From the IMG/VR virus record IMGVR_UViG_3300034410_000302, positions 1 through 36,702 of that record: a DNA stretch of 36,702 nucleotides, one strand, 5' to 3'. Below, piece by piece: positions 31,941 through 36,702 of the stretch; the first letter of the stretch is position 1, and each line of letters starts with the position of its first letter. This DNA comes from a virus (taxonomy: Duplodnaviria; Caudoviricetes). The translations under genes were made by a program, and so were the position numbers. The notes under the pieces were generated by a model, which was not told the DNA's origin, did not search any database, and worked only from the letters and a program-made list of their open reading frames with translations.

Positions 31941-34069
31941 TGCATGAACACGGCGCAGGAATTAGAAATCCACTATTTTTTATTGGTGTAATCGAAGGAA
32001 ATGTTGACCAACGATTAGAAGGTAGAGTGAGAGTTCGTGCCTTTGGAGTACACGGAACAGTTGATGAGGTTCCCACAGATATGCTTCCTTGGGCTATTGT
32101 TGCTCAAGGTGGATATGATCCAAACGTAGTTCCTAAGGTTAACTCTTGGGTATATGGAATGTTCTTAGACGGTAGAGATGCCCAACAACCAATGATACTT
32201 GGGCTTATTCCAACACAAGCAATAGATGAAATTGATCCAAAGAAATTTGGCTGGGGATGGATTCCTCCAAAGGATGGAGATCTTTTATCAAAAGGTTCGG
32301 GTCCTGAAGACTCAGGTAAACCATCAAATAGCGATTTATCCCGTGGTGAATATATTCAAGATTCATATGTTCTTCAACAAGAAATGGGTAGAGCAGTTAA
32401 TGTTCCTATTGGTGGTACTGAATATCAATGGGATGAGCCAGGAGCAGCATACGATACTGAATATCCACATAATAAAGTTATTGAATCAGGTTCTCATACT
32501 ATCGAATTAGATGATACTCCTGGAGCAGAAAGAATTATGATCCATCATAAATCTGGTTCCTTTATTCAAATCGATGATCGTGGTACTACTACGCAAAAAA
32601 CTAAAGGCGATCATTATGATGTAATGGATAGAAAACAACATGTCGTTGTTGGCGGTATGAGTACAGTTACTATTTTAGGCAACTCATATGTTTATGTAAA
32701 AGGTAATAAGATCGAAGAAGTCGAAGGTGACTTACAAACACAAGTACACGGTAACTATATGTTATCAGTTGGTGGACAAGCAACAATTAATGCTTCAGAA
32801 CAAGCTCAGGTACGTGGAGCGGATGTTAAACTTGACGCAAATGTTGGTACAATGTCTATTAAATCTGCAAAAGAAACAAATATATCTACAGGTCTTGTAG
32901 GTGGTGGATTCCCTCCAAAGTATGGTGCTATTTCAATTAAGGCAGAAAAAATTCAAGTAGATGCTACAGATAAATTACATTTACGCGGTAATACACAAGT
33001 TAATATTCAAGCAATTGCTGAAATGAACGTAAGCGCATTAGCAATTAATCAGTTAGCAACAACTTGGAACGTAAAATCAGTTGGAAGCTCGTTTATATCG
33101 TCGGGTATTAATACAGACATTGATGCTGGAATAGATTTGGCAATTAACGGTGGAGTACAAACAAACGTTGGTGGACCAGTTGTTAATGTTGGTTCTGGTA
33201 TGGTTAATCTTGCACCACCTATTCCACCAAGACCATCTCTTGCAGCAGCTACTACTGCAGTTATAACACCAAAATTTGCGATACCACCGATAATGCAAAA
33301 ACCATTTATTCCTGGATCAGCAATACCAGAAATTGCTTGGGGAGCAGGCGGCGTTGAAGCTCCAGAGCCTGTTGGTAAAAAGACATCTATTGGTCCTCGT
33401 TATGATATGGGTTCATTAGGTAGTTCAGGTTACTCTGCAAAAACAAGAGGATCTCAATTCCCGGCAAAACCAGTACTTTCTGAAATTACTGCGGCAACTC
33501 AAACTGCAGCTACGCCACTACTTGATTTTATTGGTAATAAAGAATCAGAAGGCTATGACGATATATCAGGACTTGTTTCAAGATCATTATATCCAGCTAA
33601 ACCTCTTACTAAAATGACTATACAAGAAGTTTTAGATTGGCAAGAAAGCATTGATCAAACTCAACTATCAGAAGCATCAGGTCGTTATCAAATTATGGAA
33701 GATACTTTACGAGGTTATAATAATGATTCTACCACTGGGCCAGGTAATCCATTATATACAAGAGCTGGTATACCTGCTTCTGATTTATTCAGTCCAGAAA
33801 ATCAAGACAAGATGGCTATTGTTCTTCTTGACCAAAGAGGTTTAAGTAAATTCCTTGATGGTACAATGTCAAGAGAACAATTTGCAAATAACCTTGCATC
33901 TGAATGGGCATCATTACCGTTGGTAACAGGTCCAAACGCAGGTAAGAGTAAATATGCTGGTGATGAAGCAGGCAATAGATCTCTTACTTCAGTACAGCAA
34001 TTCTTAAATGTACTTGATGAAGTTAAATCGGGTGGAGATAATATTGGCAGTGGAGGGTTGGTAAGATAA
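31940..34069 (+). CDS. 5: baseplate central spike gp5 with C-terminal lysozyme-like domain
   Basis: OB fold (FIGVIE, GRVRVRAFGVH, LPWA, GMFLDGRDAQQP), then YPHNKV, ELDDTPGAERI and beta-helix repeats. C-terminal KESEGY, ASGRYQ, FSPENQD and EWASLP. Confidence 0.9.
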   Translation: MHEHGAGIRNPLFFIGVIEGNVDQRLEGRVRVRAFGVHGTVDEVPTDMLPWAIVAQGGYDPNVVPKVNSWVYGMFLDGRDAQQPMILGLIPTQAIDEIDPKKFGWGWIPPKDGDLLSKGSGPEDSGKPSNSDLSRGEYIQDSYVLQQEMGRAVNVPIGGTEYQWDEPGAAYDTEYPHNKVIESGSHTIELDDTPGAERIMIHHKSGSFIQIDDRGTTTQKTKGDHYDVMDRKQHVVVGGMSTVTILGNSYVYVKGNKIEEVEGDLQTQVHGNYMLSVGGQATINASEQAQVRGADVKLDANVGTMSIKSAKETNISTGLVGGGFPPKYGAISIKAEKIQVDATDKLHLRGNTQVNIQAIAEMNVSALAINQLATTWNVKSVGSSFISSGINTDIDAGIDLAINGGVQTNVGGPVVNVGSGMVNLAPPIPPRPSLAAATTAVITPKFAIPPIMQKPFIPGSAIPEIAWGAGGVEAPEPVGKKTSIGPRYDMGSLGSSGYSAKTRGSQFPAKPVLSEITAATQTAATPLLDFIGNKESEGYDDISGLVSRSLYPAKPLTKMTIQEVLDWQESIDQTQLSEASGRYQIMEDTLRGYNNDSTTGPGNPLYTRAGIPASDLFSPENQDKMAIVLLDQRGLSKFLDGTMSREQFANNLASEWASLPLVTGPNAGKSKYAGDEAGNRSLTSVQQFLNVLDEVKSGGDNIGSGGLVR

Positions 34070-35682
34070 TGGCTTGCGAATGTAAACCAGGAAAAGGTCT
34101 TTGTAGAAGTTGTTTAAATAAACAAGCAAAACCATATATCGGTAATCCAGTTAATGGCAGAGGAGAGTTTACTACTGCTCAAATAGAAACATTCAGAAAA
34201 CAGTTTGAAGGTACTATTGAAGGAGATACTAACGGAAATTCTTTAAGTAGTATGGTTAAAACTTACGGTAGTACAACATTTTATGAAGCCGTAGATAAAA
34301 TAAATGCTGACTTCTTTAAAAGACAATCAACACTTGATGCTTTAGCAGCTAATAACGGAAATGATTATGAAGTTCTTAATTTTAGAATTGCAAAAGGTCC
34401 TCTTACTGCTTTAGAAGTTGCATCATTCTTTGAAAGTTCTAATTATACTCCCGCAACAGCAATTGAATCTTCAAATGCAAATGGTCCAAGATTCTTATCT
34501 GAACTTGACGGTTATTATAACGGTGATTTTAGTACAAGTATTCTTGGTGGATTCTGTTCATTGTTTAATAATATCTTTGCAGCAATTAATGGATTCTTTG
34601 ATTTACTTGATACTATTGATGGTGTATTACAGGATGTATTTGCACTTATTGAAAAGATTAAAAATATCGAAGATCCTATTAAAGCATTGTTTGAGAAGAT
34701 TAAAGTTAAAGCATTAATTGAATCAATTAAAAAGAAAATTAAAGAGATGATCGAAAAGACTATTCAAAAAGTCTGTAGATCTATATCTAACTTTAATGTT
34801 GAAGCAATTACTGGTCCAATTACAAGTCCTGTTCAAGCAAAAATAGTTGCAGATACTGAAGAAAAGAAAACAGCATTACAAACAGTATGTGGACCAGAAG
34901 AAGCAAAGAGAATAACAGACAAAATTGAAAACTTAATTAATTACGCAGTAGGGTTATTTGAAAATCCATCAATAGAAGAAATTATGTTTTTAATATCTCG
35001 CCTTTGTGGACTTGCAACGGGTATTGAAGGACTGCTTAATGGTTTAAAAGATCCACTTAATGATTTTGCTAATAGATATGACGAAGTATTTAATACATTA
35101 TCAAACGCATCTAATAGGATTACTGGTGAAGCAATACGTGGCGGAGCTGCAAGATTATCCGAAGAGGCAAGACGAGAACAAATAAATAAAGCAAGAGACG
35201 CATTTACTTTAGCAGGCAATTTTAGACCAATTTCTGCATTTGAATATAGAGACTTACCTGATTTCGACGCTCTTGTATTTGGTGATGATTCAAGATTAGA
35301 AGTAGATGGCGATTGGGTGTTTGATATGAAACCAGCTGCAGAAGGCTGGACTATGCTTAATATAGATTTAAGGGTTATGCTTTTACGATTGCACAAGAGA
35401 GCTACAAAAGAAAATGTAATTAATGGCAAGTTGATTTTAAAAGAAGGATTTACAAGCGTTCAATATAATCAAGAAATAGGTGGAGATAAATCAACAGCTT
35501 ATACACATGGTAATGCAGTTCTTTTAACTTGGAAAGGATTTGATCCTAAACGATTAGGAGAGTTTGAGCTTTTAGCAAGAAAAGAAGGATTTAGAGGAAT
35601 AGGATTACATGATAAAGCCATACATTTGGATGTAGGCAGATCAAAATTCTGGGACAAACGTTCAGAAGATAACAGGAGCTAA
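34069..35682 (+). CDS. baseplate-region protein with C-terminal peptidase M15-like domain (ligands degenerate)
   Basis: Helical central region. C-terminal EGFTSVQYNQEIGG, GNAV, GFRGIG and IHLDVG. Confidence 0.6.
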   Translation: MACECKPGKGLCRSCLNKQAKPYIGNPVNGRGEFTTAQIETFRKQFEGTIEGDTNGNSLSSMVKTYGSTTFYEAVDKINADFFKRQSTLDALAANNGNDYEVLNFRIAKGPLTALEVASFFESSNYTPATAIESSNANGPRFLSELDGYYNGDFSTSILGGFCSLFNNIFAAINGFFDLLDTIDGVLQDVFALIEKIKNIEDPIKALFEKIKVKALIESIKKKIKEMIEKTIQKVCRSISNFNVEAITGPITSPVQAKIVADTEEKKTALQTVCGPEEAKRITDKIENLINYAVGLFENPSIEEIMFLISRLCGLATGIEGLLNGLKDPLNDFANRYDEVFNTLSNASNRITGEAIRGGAARLSEEARREQINKARDAFTLAGNFRPISAFEYRDLPDFDALVFGDDSRLEVDGDWVFDMKPAAEGWTMLNIDLRVMLLRLHKRATKENVINGKLILKEGFTSVQYNQEIGGDKSTAYTHGNAVLLTWKGFDPKRLGEFELLARKEGFRGIGLHDKAIHLDVGRSKFWDKRSEDNRS

Positions 35683-35684
35683 TT

Positions 35685-36101
35685 ATGGTAGCCAACGTAT
35701 TTACGGCTAAAACTAAAAAAATTAATTTATATCAAGATTTTAAGAAGAATCTTGAGATTAGTCCTGTATCCTCAGATATAACAGTTTGGAAAGATGAAGA
35801 TTCTGTTAAAGAATCTATTAAAAATCTTATACTTACAGACCGTGGCGAAAGATTAATGCAGCCAAATATTGGTGGCGATATTAATGCTTTATTATTCGAA
35901 AATATTACACCAGCAGTTCTAATATTAATTCAAAACCAAGTAAGGAACACGATTGAATTATATGAGCCAAGAGCAGAACTTATTGATGTAACAGCAACTT
36001 CCAATATAGACGATAATACAGTCCGAGTCAAGATTGTATTTTATATAACAAACGTACAGCAGCCGATTAAGCTAGATGTATTCTTAGAGAGGACACGATA
36101 A
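35685..36101 (+). CDS. 25: baseplate wedge protein gp25
   Basis: SVKESIKNLILTDRGERLMQPNIG, LLFE and YEPRA. Confidence 0.92.
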   Translation: MVANVFTAKTKKINLYQDFKKNLEISPVSSDITVWKDEDSVKESIKNLILTDRGERLMQPNIGGDINALLFENITPAVLILIQNQVRNTIELYEPRAELIDVTATSNIDDNTVRVKIVFYITNVQQPIKLDVFLERTR

Positions 36102-36702
36102 ATGGCTAAATTAAATATTTCAGAGTTGGATTTTGAATCAATCAAAGCCCAATTTAAAAACTATCTGAAAGGCCAGACGCAGTTCAAGGATTATAACTTT
36201 GAAGGTTCGAACATGTCAGTGTTCTTGGATGTCTTGGCTTATAACACATACCAAAATAACTTCTATACAAATATGGCAGTTAATGAAATGTTCTTAGATT
36301 CAGCAGTGTTAAAAAACTCAGTGATGTCTCATGCAAAAGAACTTAATTATCTACCAAGATCACGACGATCAGCCAGAGCATTAGTTACAGTTACTATTGT
36401 TGATACAACTATTGTGGGTCAAACAGTTACAATTCCTGCATATTCTGATTTCACTACTTCATTCCAAGGACAACAATTTAACTTTGTAAACGATAAAACA
36501 TATGTTGCTCGTAAAACTGACGTTGGAACATTTGTTGCGGAAAATGTAGAAATCTTTGAAGGTGAAATGTTATCATCATTTGAAAGAGAAGGTTATTTTA
36601 TTGGTGATGACGGTATTCTACGAGTTATTCTTACAAACGAAAACGCAGATACAGATTCAATCGAAGTATTCGTAGATGCTGAAGCAACAGAAGATGCAAA
36701 TA
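36102..36702 (+). CDS. 6: baseplate wedge protein gp6 (3'-truncated by the window)
   Basis: MAKLNISELDFESIK, FKDYNFEGSNMSVFLDVLAYNT, NEMFLDSA and AKELNYLPRS. Confidence 0.93.
   Translation, partial: MAKLNISELDFESIKAQFKNYLKGQTQFKDYNFEGSNMSVFLDVLAYNTYQNNFYTNMAVNEMFLDSAVLKNSVMSHAKELNYLPRSRRSARALVTVTIVDTTIVGQTVTIPAYSDFTTSFQGQQFNFVNDKTYVARKTDVGTFVAENVEIFEGEMLSSFEREGYFIGDDGILRVILTNENADTDSIEVFVDAEATEDAN

Noticed and set aside
34941-35429. 162-aa minus-strand ORF and the other short nested or antisense ORFs in the track (e.g. 23336-23707, 16672-17025, 9636-9983, 19557-19895)
   Set aside because: They lie wholly or mostly within well-supported genes and show no motifs or RBS.
1-36702. CRISPR arrays, tRNA/rRNA genes, introns, inteins, transposases or integrase
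   Set aside because: No regularly spaced repeats, cloverleaf-like intergenic stretches or oversized core genes were seen by eye, and intergenic gaps are short. A tRNAscan/Infernal run would be needed to be certain.

Overview
A 36.7 kb, AT-rich segment of a T4-like myovirus genome, probably marine. A proteobacterial host, likely alphaproteobacterial, is inferred from consensus sigma70 promoters, an FdxA-type ferredoxin and an Hsp20 with a ROSE-like leader. The window has five blocks. (1) 1-6649: a glycosyltransferase-like gene, then an overlapping operon of a fatty-acid desaturase, six to seven 2OG-Fe(II) oxygenase-fold genes, a GNAT and a SAM methyltransferase behind a late-type ATAAATA box. 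(2) 6700-9220: small early genes behind consensus promoters. (3) 9216-18850: nucleotide metabolism and DNA modification genes: a PD-(D/E)xK-like protein, DUF5664 diphosphohydrolase, gp42-type dCMP hydroxymethylase, dCMP deaminase, ferredoxin, inositol-3-phosphate synthase, HAD phosphatase, an aGPT-Pplase1/5hmU-DNA-kinase-like protein, a GDSH-motif protein, a degenerate C5 methyltransferase, DexA and a GT-A protein. (4) 18920-23884: gp45, gp44, gp62, regA, dUTPase and hsp20. (5) 23883-36702: tail and baseplate genes. The best candidate for an undescribed system is a replication-coupled cytosine hypermodification pathway that may attach inositol or inositol phosphate to hydroxymethylcytosine. 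Three consecutive enzymes in it end in a sliding-clamp-binding-like peptide. Other notable signals are a probable -1 frameshift joining gp26 and gp51, a gp53 split by an in-frame stop, and four exact sigma70 promoters inside coding sequences. All family calls come from motif recognition by eye; no database search was run.
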